Source: Bdellovibrio sp. (GTDB lineage Bacteria; Bdellovibrionota; Bdellovibrionia; Bdellovibrionales; Bdellovibrionaceae). Taken from it: a DNA stretch of 64,000 bases. The position numbers and the translations under genes were made by a program. Shown in pieces: positions 36,101 to 44,978 of the stretch (within the stretch, counting starts at the first letter, position 1; each line of letters opens with the position of its first letter). The stretch lies in contig JAKFBS010000003.1 of assembly GCA_036677065.1 (NCBI GenBank), forward strand, positions 320,001 to 384,000, written 5' to 3'. The notes beneath the pieces were generated by a model that was not told where the DNA came from, did not search any database, and saw nothing but the letters and a program-made list of their open reading frames with translations.

Positions 36101-36243
36101 TCGGAGTATTGTTTTCGACGTTACTAACATTATACGTGATTCCGGCATTGTATGTGATGTTCGAAAAATTTAAAACGCGCAGTAAAAACCAACAAGAAGT
36201 AAAAAAAGCATTTGCCTCTGCAGGCGATCAAGGAATGGACTAA
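33112..36243 (+). CDS. RND efflux transporter permease (AcrB/AcrD/AcrF family)
   Basis: GGAG SD; SQFPDVDFP, GIVVDDAIMVLENI, GIVKKNSILLVE and RLRPILMTS. Confidence 0.95.
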   Translation: MRISDISIKNPVMAWMIMAFLMVFGAISFSRMGISQFPDVDFPSVNVSISLPGASPEVIEANIVEPVEDVLTTLEGIKGLSSSSRSGVGNISVEFDLDRGIDAALQEVQTKVSLAQRRLPKDAESPIITKSNPDDQPIIWLAVTTDSGDRRELMKYTQEYLKDQFTSVLGVGDVILGGFTDPILKVQVIPEKLNRYNITVLDVINTIQAEHSELPGGQVDDSKFVFNVRVKGEAKTLEEFRSIIVSKRAGQTVADPSLRVRLSDVADIQLALADDKRFSRFNEKLAVGIGIKKQRGTNAVAVARAVKARMEDMKKTLQPGYHLSVNFDTTRFIERSIAELNKHLLMAVILTAFVCWLFLGSFTATINVLLSIPTSILGTFIALYFLGFTLNTFTLLGLTLAIGIVVDDAIMVLENIFRYNEKGKNQIESAIIGAREITFAAIAATAAVIAIFLPVAFMEGVVGKFFLQFGITISFAVFLSLIEALTITPMRCASFVQHSHRTTRIGKAFDVFFENLTNSYRKSLIWSVNHKWKVFGSSVVIMLLCFVLVKFIPKEFTPAQESGLLMTRINLPTGTAFAVTNEATKKVERHLLEDPNVLQVFTSVGGFSGSGADTNTAMMFVSLKPKAERTMSQADFVKKTREDLKQYVKGRVSMQDPSARGFGGGGRGFPVEFVIKGPEWEDLSAQADKIMEDMKASGLMTDVDTNLLQGLPEIQIVPDRDRATATGVSVNSVASTINAMIGGVRVGQYADGGKRYDIRVDLQKTDDQIRDLEKLSISNSKGNLLPLSRIVQFNKAKTLQQINRDNRLRSISIYANLEKGVKTEQAMSFVREKAKGLKQRYFIEEFGTSKAQKDSFAGLALALVLGLVVAYMILAAQFNSFIDPVTILMALPYSIAGAFIGLFITGQSLNIYSMIGVLLLMGIVKKNSILLVEFANGVRDRKAGNETPENAMIEAGPTRLRPILMTSFATVAGAIPTAIARGEGAELTRSMAVTIIFGVLFSTLLTLYVIPALYVMFEKFKTRSKNQQEVKKAFASAGDQGMD

Positions 36244-36245
36244 GT

Positions 36246-37289
36246 ATGATTCACGCAACAGCTTATGGTGTTAAAGATAAAGAAACTCAATTTGAACCGA
36301 TGCAAATCGAACGTCGCGATCCAAAACCAGACGATGTCGTCATTGAAATCGCCTACTCAGGAATTTGCCATTCAGACATTCACACCGCACGTGGTGAATG
36401 GGCAGGAACAAAATACCCATGTGTTCCAGGACATGAAATCGTGGGGCATGTAATTGCTGTCGGAAAAAAAGTTAAAAAATTTAAACTAGGTGAACCCGTT
36501 GGCGTTGGCTGTATGGTTGATTCCTGCGGTAAGTGCGCACAATGCAAAAACAACGAAGAGCAATTCTGCGAAAAGGGTGCAACGTACACTTACAACTCTC
36601 CGACAAAAGACAGCGGCGGTTACACTATGGGTGGATACGCTTCGCACATCACAGTTAGGCAAGACTTCGTTTTAAAAATTAAAAAAGGATTACCGCTTGA
36701 TAAAATCGCTCCATTACTTTGCGCGGGCATTACAACTTATTCTCCGCTAAAACGTTATGGCACTAAAAAAGGTAAAAAAGTTGGCGTCGTAGGTCTTGGT
36801 GGTTTAGGTCACATGGCCGTAAAAATCGCAAAAGCCATGGGAGCAGAAGTCACAGTATTTAGTACTTCTCCAGAAAAAGAAGCAGATGCGAAAAAACTTG
36901 GAGCGAAACATTTCGTCTATTCAAAAGATGCTGCGAACTTTGTACCGTTAACGAAAAAATTCGATTTAATTATTAATTCAGTTTCTGCCAGCCACAATTT
37001 AACTCCGTACTTAGGAATTTTAAAAATTGACGGCACGATGGTGTTATTAGGTGTACCAGCTGATCTTAGCCAAGTAGCAGCAGGAGCCTTAATCAGTGGG
37101 CGTAAACGTCTGACAGGATCATTAATCGGCGGCATCAAAGAAACTCAAGAAATGTTAAATTTTTGCATGAGCAAAAAAGTATTTTCAGAAATTGAATTGA
37201 TCGATGCATCTGAAATTAACAAAGCTTACGATCGCACAGTAAGTGGCGATGTTAAATATCGTTTTGTAATCGATGCTAAGACGTTTTAA
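36246..37289 (+). CDS. Zn/NADP-dependent alcohol dehydrogenase (cinnamyl-ADH, YahK-like)
   Basis: GICHSD, PGHEIVG, structural-Zn CxxCxxC…C, APLLCAGITTY, GLGGLG and KYRFVID. Confidence 0.95.
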   Translation: MIHATAYGVKDKETQFEPMQIERRDPKPDDVVIEIAYSGICHSDIHTARGEWAGTKYPCVPGHEIVGHVIAVGKKVKKFKLGEPVGVGCMVDSCGKCAQCKNNEEQFCEKGATYTYNSPTKDSGGYTMGGYASHITVRQDFVLKIKKGLPLDKIAPLLCAGITTYSPLKRYGTKKGKKVGVVGLGGLGHMAVKIAKAMGAEVTVFSTSPEKEADAKKLGAKHFVYSKDAANFVPLTKKFDLIINSVSASHNLTPYLGILKIDGTMVLLGVPADLSQVAAGALISGRKRLTGSLIGGIKETQEMLNFCMSKKVFSEIELIDASEINKAYDRTVSGDVKYRFVIDAKTF

Positions 37290-37611
37290 TTTTTTATTCT
37301 TTGCTCTACTTGTCACAAGTTGTGCGACTCGTCCGTGGGTTAAGCATCCTATGGATGAGATGCCAGATGTATCCTGCCAAACGGGTAGTGAGGCTGGATA
37401 TGACATCTATATATGGAAGTGTTTTAAAAATAAAAAAAATGTTATTTTTCAAAAATCAGCAGGTCTCTACTCTTTTCCTGCACAAAAACAAATAGCTGAG
37501 TGTGCAGGCGAGACTGACTTTGAGAAAGAAATTGAGTTTTCTTCCAGAAATACTGAAATTTGTAACAAAAGAAAACCACCAGAATGGATTCTTAGTAAAT
37601 CTTTAGAATAA
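37273..37611 (+). CDS. Small hypothetical lipoprotein
   Basis: Lipobox LVTS-C plus four further Cys; overlaps the ADH 3' end. Confidence 0.65.
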   Translation: MLRRFNFLFFALLVTSCATRPWVKHPMDEMPDVSCQTGSEAGYDIYIWKCFKNKKNVIFQKSAGLYSFPAQKQIAECAGETDFEKEIEFSSRNTEICNKRKPPEWILSKSLE

Positions 37612-37613
37612 TT

Positions 37614-37839
37614 TTACTTCGCTAATAACCCGTAGCCGACTAGGCCGGGTATTACGATATACAAAAGCGAATCACGAATTAAATAATACACGAAAAAAAT
37701 CGCAAATAATTTCCAGCCATGTTTTTTAAACGTGGCTTTCATGCCGAGCGTTTTGAAATCATGCTTCAACAGGTGGAAGAGGTCTTTGGCTTTCGTGATA
37801 AGAGATGAAATCTTGCTTGGTGATTGGCTTGAGGCCATG
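37614..37839 (-). CDS. Small membrane protein (start uncertain)
   Basis: Gene-like C-terminal part KKHGWKLFAIFFVYYLIRDSLLYIVIP. In-frame Mets lie inside the upstream gene; 37839 chosen to minimise overlap. Confidence 0.55.
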
Positions 37840-38169
37840 TTTCGCGCGGGCTTCGTCGCAACGGGAATTGTAGACTCCAGCTTCATAACTGGCTTGAAAA
37901 TTCCTGCAAGGAGACGGGCGATTAGCGTAGATTTCACAGGTAACAAACTCACCGATTCGGCCTTTTAAGGCAACACATTTTGGATGGTGTTTGTCTTCGG
38001 TGCCTTTGAGAATTCTGACCCGATCATCTGCATCGAGCCAATAATTGGCAGGGACAGGATGGTCAGAGTCTGCCTTTTGTGCCTCACGCCAGTAAAACTG
38101 AACGCGGTAGCTGGCGCAGCATGCACCACAAGATTGGCAGGGGTGTAATGGTTGTTTGTTCCGTCCCAT
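37759..38169 (-). CDS. YkgJ-family (CxxCxxCC) Cys-cluster Zn/Fe-chelating protein
   Basis: CQSCGACC…CVAL…CEIYANRPSPCRNF…C.EAR. Confidence 0.9.
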   Translation of the reverse strand: MGRNKQPLHPCQSCGACCASYRVQFYWREAQKADSDHPVPANYWLDADDRVRILKGTEDKHHPKCVALKGRIGEFVTCEIYANRPSPCRNFQASYEAGVYNSRCDEARAKHGLKPITKQDFISYHESQRPLPPVEA

Positions 38170-38194
38170 GCCAAAATTGTGAACTGCTTATGGA

Positions 38195-38527
38195 TTACTT
38201 GTCAGCTTTTTCCTCAGTCTTCTCTGCTTTTTCTGCTGCTTTTTTAGCTTTCCATTCTTTTTTCTCGTTGCGTAATGATTTTGTTGAAGATTTGCAACCT
38301 TCAGAGATCACGAAATCTTTATGTTCTTTTTTGTAAGCGTGTAAGCATTTTAGTAATCCATCGCCCACGACTTTATCCGCACAACCCGCTTTTTCTGCAT
38401 CAGCTGCACAAGCTGCATTGACGGCGGCTTTATGTTCAGCGGCTTTAGCTTTGTGTTCAGCTTTGTGCCCGTCAGCGAAGGCGAATACAGAAGCGGCGAT
38501 AACGATGATGGCTAGTGCTTTTTTCAT
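38195..38527 (-). CDS. Small secreted 4-Cys protein (Cys-rich GLG1-repeat-like)
   Basis: Signal peptide (AFA|D), ACAADAEKAGC…LLKCL…ISEGCK, and Lys/Glu-rich tail. Confidence 0.7.
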   Translation of the reverse strand: MKKALAIIVIAASVFAFADGHKAEHKAKAAEHKAAVNAACAADAEKAGCADKVVGDGLLKCLHAYKKEHKDFVISEGCKSSTKSLRNEKKEWKAKKAAEKAEKTEEKADK

Positions 38528-38617
38528 AGAATTTTTCTTTCTGCGTGTTCAAGAACACGACTTGGTTATTAATTGGGTACATAAATAGCCTAAATGAAAG
38601 GCCATGGCAGCCAAAGC

Positions 38618-38645
38618 CTATCGGCTAAACCATTAAAATCGTTGA
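38618..38645 (-). promoter_or_regulatory. Putative sigma28 promoter for the 38527 gene
   Basis: Minus strand TCAA-N16-GCCGATAG. Confidence 0.55.
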
Positions 38646-38716
38646 ATTATATTTAGGGTAAATTAATATAGCTTTGAATCAAACTGGACCAAAGTAATAA
38701 CTTTCACGGGGGATGT

Positions 38717-39685
38717 ATGTCGAAGTTTCTATTAGTGTTCTGTCTTTTAGTGTCTCAATTTGCGTTTGCATTGAAAATCGGTCTAGTTCTCGATAAAGGT
38801 GGCAAAGACGATAAGTCGTTTAACTCTGCTGCGTACGCCGGTGCAAAGAAAGCCGAAAAAGAATTGGGCATTGAATTAAAATACGTTGAAGCCACAGATA
38901 ATAATTCACTAGAAACTCTACACAGAAATTTCGCGCAAAAAAAATATGATCTGGTGATCGGCATCGGCTTCGCGCAAACTGATGCGATCAAAAAAGTTTC
39001 GGCCTTATTTCCTGATACAAAATTTGCGATCGTTGATGGCGAAGTGAACGCTAAAAATGTTCGTTCATTATTATTTGAAGAGCACGAAGGTTCATACCTT
39101 GTGGGTGCGGCTGCTGCGATGAAATCAAAAACGGGTGTTGTTGGTTTTATCGGTGGAATGGATATTCCGTTAATCCGCAGATTTCAAAAAGGTTTTGAAG
39201 CCGGTATTAAATCAGTGAATCCAAAAGCTACAATTTTAGTAAGCTACATCGGTGTAACTGGTGAAGCCTGGAATAACCCGGCTAAAGCCAAAGAAATCGC
39301 ATTATCACAAGTCTCACAAAAAGCAGATGTGATCTTTCACGCCGCTGGCGCTTCTGGTTCAGGATTATTTGATGCTGCTGCTGATAAAAAGATTTTTGCC
39401 ATCGGTGTCGATTCAAATCAAAACTGGGTAAAACCAGGCGTAGTGTTAACATCAATGTTAAAAAAAGTTGATGTGGCTGTATTTGAAACTATCAAATCAG
39501 TTAAAGGCGCAACATTTCAAGCGGGCATTAACCGTTTTGGTTTAAAAGACGGTGGTATTGACTGGGCTTTAGATGAACACAATAAATCTTTGTGGTCGGC
39601 CGTTGAAATCGAAAAATTAGCTCAAGTTAAAAAATCAATTGTTACTGGAAAAGTTACGGTTCCAGATTATTACAAAACTAAATAG
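38717..39685 (+). CDS. BMP-family nucleoside ABC transporter substrate-binding protein
   Basis: GGKDDKSFN, FEEHEGSYLVG, ADVIFHAAG.SG.G, AIGVDSNQ and TSMLKKVD. Confidence 0.92.
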   Translation: MSKFLLVFCLLVSQFAFALKIGLVLDKGGKDDKSFNSAAYAGAKKAEKELGIELKYVEATDNNSLETLHRNFAQKKYDLVIGIGFAQTDAIKKVSALFPDTKFAIVDGEVNAKNVRSLLFEEHEGSYLVGAAAAMKSKTGVVGFIGGMDIPLIRRFQKGFEAGIKSVNPKATILVSYIGVTGEAWNNPAKAKEIALSQVSQKADVIFHAAGASGSGLFDAAADKKIFAIGVDSNQNWVKPGVVLTSMLKKVDVAVFETIKSVKGATFQAGINRFGLKDGGIDWALDEHNKSLWSAVEIEKLAQVKKSIVTGKVTVPDYYKTK

Positions 39686-39690
39686 TTTTC

Positions 39691-41085
39691 GTGTCTGTGT
39701 TGAACCTGATCGAATTTAATAATATTTCGAAAAGCTACGGAAGCTGCGTTTCCTTAGATCAGGTTCATTTTTCTATTTTAAAAAATCAAATTCATGCAGT
39801 GATCGGCGAAAACGGTGCAGGTAAATCCACGCTGATGAAAGTATTAACGGGCATTGTGCCTCCTTCATCAGGAGCGATGGTCTTGCGCGGTAAAGCCTAC
39901 GAGCCGCAATCTGCGCAAGATTCATTTCGCGAAAAAATCGGTTTTGTACACCAGCACTTTCAATTAGCTGATGAGTTAACCGGTTGGGATCATCTGGATC
40001 TTGTCGCGCGCACCCAAAACATCGATCGTAAGCGTTTAGTAGACTTGGTCAGAGAAAAACAAGCGAAGTTTAAATGGAATCTGCCATTAGATAAAAAAAT
40101 CAAAGCTTATAGCATTGGTGAACAGCAGCGCTTAGAAATTTTACGCGTATTGATCTTAGAGCCTGAGATCATTATCTTTGATGAACCCACGGCCGTACTA
40201 AGCCCCGATGAGATCGAAGATTTTTTGGATTTTATGTTAGATCTAAAAAAACAAGGCCATACATTGATTTTAATTTCACATAAATTAAACGAAATTAAAA
40301 AAGTCGCAGATCATGTGACGATTTTATGCCGTGGCCAATTAATCGCCTCGGATTCCGGCGCAAATTTTACCATCGAGCAAATGGCCGAAAAAATGATCGG
40401 TCGTAAACAGCAAGCCCTTGTGCAAGCTGCGGCAGCGAGTTCAGGTACAAGCTATGATTTAAACTTAATCGGTTTAAAACTTAATAATAACGAAATTTTA
40501 GGAGTAGCTGGCGTTGATGGCAACGGCCAAGAAGATTTTATTTTTAAATTACGCCAGAATATCGGCTTATTAAAATTAAAGTTCGGCGATATTTCTGAAG
40601 ATCGTTACCGCTACAGCATTTACCCGAAACAAAACTTGATCGAAAATTTTTTAATTCGCCACCGCGAGACTTTTACGCGCATGGGCTTGGTTAAAAAGAC
40701 TTTGGTTCGCCGTGAAGTCGAAAAAATCATTGCTGATTGGGACGTGCGCCCAGCTCAAAGTGATATGATCATGGGTGAATTTTCTGGCGGTAACCAGCAA
40801 AAGTTCGTGATCGGTCGTGAACTTTGGCATAACCCCGATGTGATCTTGGCTGCGCACCCTTCGCGCGGAGTCGACATTGGCGCGCAAGAAAAAATTCATC
40901 AAGCCCTGTTAGATCAAAAGAAAAATCACCGTGCCGTGGTGTTATTATCATCAGATTTAGATGAAGTGTTAAAGTTATCAGATCGTTTTGTGATTTTATT
41001 CAAAGGCGCTATCAAGGGGCCATACATGAAGGGCTCATTAAACAGCAGTCAAATCAGTCAGATCATGAACGGTGTTGATCTATGA
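39691..41085 (+). CDS. Nucleoside/sugar ABC transporter ATP-binding protein (double NBD)
   Basis: GENGAGKST, FDEPT, ISHKL, GVDGNGQ and SGGNQQK. Confidence 0.9.
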   Translation: MSVLNLIEFNNISKSYGSCVSLDQVHFSILKNQIHAVIGENGAGKSTLMKVLTGIVPPSSGAMVLRGKAYEPQSAQDSFREKIGFVHQHFQLADELTGWDHLDLVARTQNIDRKRLVDLVREKQAKFKWNLPLDKKIKAYSIGEQQRLEILRVLILEPEIIIFDEPTAVLSPDEIEDFLDFMLDLKKQGHTLILISHKLNEIKKVADHVTILCRGQLIASDSGANFTIEQMAEKMIGRKQQALVQAAAASSGTSYDLNLIGLKLNNNEILGVAGVDGNGQEDFIFKLRQNIGLLKLKFGDISEDRYRYSIYPKQNLIENFLIRHRETFTRMGLVKKTLVRREVEKIIADWDVRPAQSDMIMGEFSGGNQQKFVIGRELWHNPDVILAAHPSRGVDIGAQEKIHQALLDQKKNHRAVVLLSSDLDEVLKLSDRFVILFKGAIKGPYMKGSLNSSQISQIMNGVDL

Positions 41086-42119
41086 TAAAACGCATAGATT
41101 TTTCTAGTTTAATCGGCTTTTTTGTCGGCGTAGCCCTGAGCAGTATCCTAGTTCTATTGTTCAAAGAAAACCCAGGTGATGTACTTAAAGTTTTAAGCGG
41201 AAGCTTTTTACAAAGTAAATTCGATATGGGTTTAACAATGTTCTACACGACTTGTTTTGCTTTTGCAGGCTTAGCATTTTCAATTCCATTTAAAGCCGGC
41301 TTATTTCATATTGGTGCTGAAGGGCAGATTGTTCTATCAGCAATGATGGCAGCCGTTATGGGAATCATCTTACCTGAATCATTAGGTACGCTCGGTATTA
41401 TTTTAATTTGTTTGGCCACCATGGTGCTGGGTGTTCTGAGTGCGCAGGCGATTGCATTTTTTAAAGTGTATAAACAAGGCCATGAAGTTGTCGTGGCGAT
41501 CATGCTTAATTTTGTTTTTGCAGCGATTGCAACGTATGTGGTTTTGCAAAACTACCAAAACACTGAATCACAAAATCCTGAAAGTTCTTTAATTAAACCA
41601 GCTTTTCAAATTGCAAAAAGTGATAGCCTAAAAGCATTTTTTGAAAACTCAGCCGTGAGCAGTTTTTTAATTGTGGCAGTAATCAGTTGTTTAGCGGTTT
41701 GGTTTTTTGAAACTAAAACTAAATGGGGCTTAGAAATCAAAGCTTTCGGCGAAAACCCAACAGCCGCAGAACGCATGGGCATCTCGGCTAAGAAAGTTAA
41801 TTTTTTGGCTCTGGGTATTGCCGGCTTTTTTTCAAGCCTTGTAGGCTTAACTGAAGTGTTAGGCAGTACGTTCCAATACAAAGTCGGCTTTTCTCCGGCG
41901 TACGGGTTTTTAGGAATCGTAGTTGCGCTATTAGCGCAAGGTCATCCGATCGGCATTTTATTTTCTAGTTTTATTATGGCGGTTTTACACAAAGGGGCTT
42001 CTGACCTTGATTTAGAAACACAATTTCTAACCCGCGATTTTTCAAAGGTATTACAAGCCATTATTATTTTCAGTGTAGCCGGTGCAGTTTATTTAAATCA
42101 TAGAAGGAAGAAGTCATGA
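41082..42119 (+). CDS. Nucleoside ABC transporter permease
   Basis: GLFHIGAEGQ, HEVVVAIMLN and GENPTAA..GI. Confidence 0.9.
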   Translation: MIKRIDFSSLIGFFVGVALSSILVLLFKENPGDVLKVLSGSFLQSKFDMGLTMFYTTCFAFAGLAFSIPFKAGLFHIGAEGQIVLSAMMAAVMGIILPESLGTLGIILICLATMVLGVLSAQAIAFFKVYKQGHEVVVAIMLNFVFAAIATYVVLQNYQNTESQNPESSLIKPAFQIAKSDSLKAFFENSAVSSFLIVAVISCLAVWFFETKTKWGLEIKAFGENPTAAERMGISAKKVNFLALGIAGFFSSLVGLTEVLGSTFQYKVGFSPAYGFLGIVVALLAQGHPIGILFSSFIMAVLHKGASDLDLETQFLTRDFSKVLQAIIIFSVAGAVYLNHRRKKS

Positions 42120-42988
42120 GTGCTGAAATTCTTTTGGGTTTAGTTCTAGCCAGCATTCGTATGTCGTTACCAATTTTATTTGCAGCCAGCGGTGGTTATT
42201 TCTCTGAAAAATCAGGCGTAGCCCAAATTGGTTTAGAGGCTTATTTATTAATCGGTGCATTCACTGCAGCAGCGGTAACTTTTCAAACAAACTCTTTAGT
42301 ATTGGGTTATGTGGCAGCCGCTTTAATTGCCGCAGCTTTTGCGCAAATTTTTAATATTTTAATTTTTAAATTTAAAGCCAACTCAATTGTTGTTGGAACC
42401 GGTATGAATTTATTAGCGATGGGGTTAATTCCAATCGTCAGTAAAACCTTATTTGAATCAACAGGTTCAACTCCTGCCATTGATACTTCTGAAGCAGCAC
42501 TTAACCAGTCATTAATCATGGTCAGTGTTGTCACCGTATCCATGCTGGCGATTTGTTACTGGATCGCCGAAAAATCTAGTTTTGGCTTACAAATTAAATT
42601 CGCCGGAGAAAAATCAGAAGCTTTAACCAGCGTAGGTATTTCGCCCATCAAACGCCGCTGGCAAGCAGTCACTTTAGGTGCGCTGATCACAGGTATCGGC
42701 GGCGCCATTTTATCAACATACTTAGCCTCAAGTTATTCACCATTAATGAGCGCAGGGCGCGGGTTTATCGCATTAGCTGCGGTGATCTTTGCCGGCTGGA
42801 ATTTACGTAAAGCGTGGATTGTGGTTTTATTTTTTGGTTTTGCAGAGGCAATTCAGATTCAATTACAGAATATGAATTTAAGTGTGAAAATTCCAAATGA
42901 ATTTATTCAGATGTTACCGTATTTGGCGACGTTAGTGGCGCTGCTGTTATTGAAAAATAAACAGCAGGCTCCTAAAGAGATTTCTTAG
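42116..42988 (+). CDS. Nucleoside ABC transporter permease
   Basis: SEKSGV..IGLE, GRGFIALAAVIF and MLPY. Confidence 0.9.
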   Translation: MSAEILLGLVLASIRMSLPILFAASGGYFSEKSGVAQIGLEAYLLIGAFTAAAVTFQTNSLVLGYVAAALIAAAFAQIFNILIFKFKANSIVVGTGMNLLAMGLIPIVSKTLFESTGSTPAIDTSEAALNQSLIMVSVVTVSMLAICYWIAEKSSFGLQIKFAGEKSEALTSVGISPIKRRWQAVTLGALITGIGGAILSTYLASSYSPLMSAGRGFIALAAVIFAGWNLRKAWIVVLFFGFAEAIQIQLQNMNLSVKIPNEFIQMLPYLATLVALLLLKNKQQAPKEIS

Positions 42989-43386
42989 TTTTTCTTTTTA
43001 TTTAAATCACAAAGTAGGGCGGTGGCTTTGCTATCTTCTTCTACTAATGTAGCTTTGCGCGACATCATTGGATTTGTAGTTTGGTTAATACTAAAAGACA
43101 TCCCATCTTGGCCACGGTAAACCGTAGCGCCGCCAGCTAAGCCAGGGATTGGTTTGTCTTGTTTAACAATATAGGTTTCAACAGATTTCTTTTTTGAGAT
43201 TGTTTTAGAAACGCGAATTTGCGTAAGGCCGGCAAAGCCACCGGTCAGCATTTGCACTGTCATCACTACTTTTTTAGAAGCGACAGCTTGCTTACAGTTG
43301 TAACGAACCGTGATCATGTCAGCAGACTGCGCCATTACCGAAGATGCCGTTGCCGATACCAATAAAGCGATCATTAATTTTTTCAT
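42985..43386 (-). CDS. Secreted hypothetical protein
   Basis: AGGAAGG SD, signal peptide (VMA|Q), and one Cys near each end. Confidence 0.7.
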   Translation of the reverse strand: MKKLMIALLVSATASSVMAQSADMITVRYNCKQAVASKKVVMTVQMLTGGFAGLTQIRVSKTISKKKSVETYIVKQDKPIPGLAGGATVYRGQDGMSFSINQTTNPMMSRKATLVEEDSKATALLCDLNKKKN

Positions 43387-43494
43387 AAAAGCCTTCCTTA
43401 TGTTATTTCAACGACTTAGTTTTAACAAAAGGGGATGGCAATTTCGCCTGTAATGATTTTATACAGTGGTTTTTACCTGTGTCAGGTCTATAAA

Positions 43495-44076
43495 CTAATA
43501 TACCAGCTGGGTAGTCGCTAACGGGCCCGTTACCGTAATAACCACAGGCTTGCCATCAGTTGCAGGCGTAGATACCGGAAACAGAACTGAATAAGGTGAT
43601 GACCAGCGATTGTGGTGTGGGTAAATCGATTCGATGTCTAGTTGTAGACCTTTGATTTTAGAGACTTTACCTTCGTAGCGTTGACCACCAACTTCAAGAT
43701 AAACTTTCCAAGTTGTTCTTTTAGTGTGTAGATCATCATGTTTACGCTCGGGAGTAAAAAAGCTCATAAATATTTCTGTGCTGTCAGAATGTTTGGCGAT
43801 GATCTTAGCTTTTTCTTCTTTGTATTTTTCTAAACTCCATTGGCCAAGCTTGGCCTGGTAAGCCACCAAATTTTCACTCATGTCAGCATCTAAGCGGGTA
43901 GTTTGTACCGTCAGTTTATTATAAAGGCCGTCGTACACTTCGGTTTTTTTAGTTTTAGCTTCGACCATATCTTCGTATTCCGAAGTTGAAATATCTTTAA
44001 TGCCTTCAGGAGTCGGTAGGCGGTGAATACAACTTAAAACAATAAAAGGTAAAATTAATAATAAAAAGTTTTTCAT
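43495..44076 (-). CDS. Hypothetical lipoprotein
   Basis: Start MKNFLLLILPFIVLS-C (lipobox) with AGGA SD. Confidence 0.75.
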   Translation of the reverse strand: MKNFLLLILPFIVLSCIHRLPTPEGIKDISTSEYEDMVEAKTKKTEVYDGLYNKLTVQTTRLDADMSENLVAYQAKLGQWSLEKYKEEKAKIIAKHSDSTEIFMSFFTPERKHDDLHTKRTTWKVYLEVGGQRYEGKVSKIKGLQLDIESIYPHHNRWSSPYSVLFPVSTPATDGKPVVITVTGPLATTQLVY

Positions 44077-44089
44077 AGCTGGAATTTTC

Positions 44090-44941
44090 CTATTTATGTT
44101 TGTTGATAAATTCAATAACTAGATTGTAAACATCATCGCGCACGATATCGTTATAAAGTTCGTGTCTGCCGCCGTCATAAATTTTTAAAACTTTATCTGT
44201 GGTAGCTAAATTTTCAAAAAATAGTTTGGCTTGTGCAGTTGAGACCACGGGGTCATTATCAGAAATATGCAGCAAGGTCGGTAATGTGATGCTGCCGGCA
44301 GTAGATGTGATTTTATCAAATTCGCGTTTAAATCCTAAAAATACTCCAGCCGAAATTTTATTATGACGGTAAGTATCTTGTTCGTACTCTTTAATGACAT
44401 CAGGATCACGAGTTAATTGTTCATTCGTGATTTCATTACCTAAAGTCACTTTGGGTAATAACGCATTTAAAATTTCAGAACCTGATTCTTTCCATGCGGG
44501 GATCGGCTGGCTAATGCCAAATAATGGTGAGCTTAACACTTGGGCTTTGAACTGATCATATTTTTTTTCACGAAGCGCACATGATTGAACTAAACCACCC
44601 ATTGAGTGAGCCAGCAACATAACAGGTAGGTTTTTTACTGAATCAATTTTTAAACATTCGTCTAAAAACAAATGATAATCTAAAACATATTCATCGAAAT
44701 CTTTGGCGTAACCGCGCATGCCTTCAGATTTTCCGTGGCCGCGCATATCCCAGCCGATGAAGCTCCAGTTTTTACCTTGTTCATTTTTTTGAAAGCCATC
44801 GATCAGGCGATTGTAACAATCAGAATGTTCAGCTTGGCCGTGGTTAAACAAAATCGTGCCGCATGAATTATCTGCATCCCATTTTTGTAAGTATAATTTG
44901 GTTTGGTCATAGCCGCGAAAAAATGATTCAGATCGTTTCAT
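44090..44941 (-). CDS. Alpha/beta hydrolase (lysophospholipase/monoglyceride lipase family)
   Basis: HGQAEH, DMRGHGKS, nucleophile AHSMGG, DPVV and RHEL. Confidence 0.9.
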   Translation of the reverse strand: MKRSESFFRGYDQTKLYLQKWDADNSCGTILFNHGQAEHSDCYNRLIDGFQKNEQGKNWSFIGWDMRGHGKSEGMRGYAKDFDEYVLDYHLFLDECLKIDSVKNLPVMLLAHSMGGLVQSCALREKKYDQFKAQVLSSPLFGISQPIPAWKESGSEILNALLPKVTLGNEITNEQLTRDPDVIKEYEQDTYRHNKISAGVFLGFKREFDKITSTAGSITLPTLLHISDNDPVVSTAQAKLFFENLATTDKVLKIYDGGRHELYNDIVRDDVYNLVIEFINKHK

Positions 44942-44947
44942 ACCTCA

Positions 44948-44975
44948 AGTCTAACCGAGGCCAAAATGAAGTCAA
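44948..44975 (-). promoter_or_regulatory. Sigma70-type promoter, probably leaderless
   Basis: Minus strand TTGACT-N16-TAGACT-N6-ATG(44941). Confidence 0.6.
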
Positions 44976-44978
44976 AAA

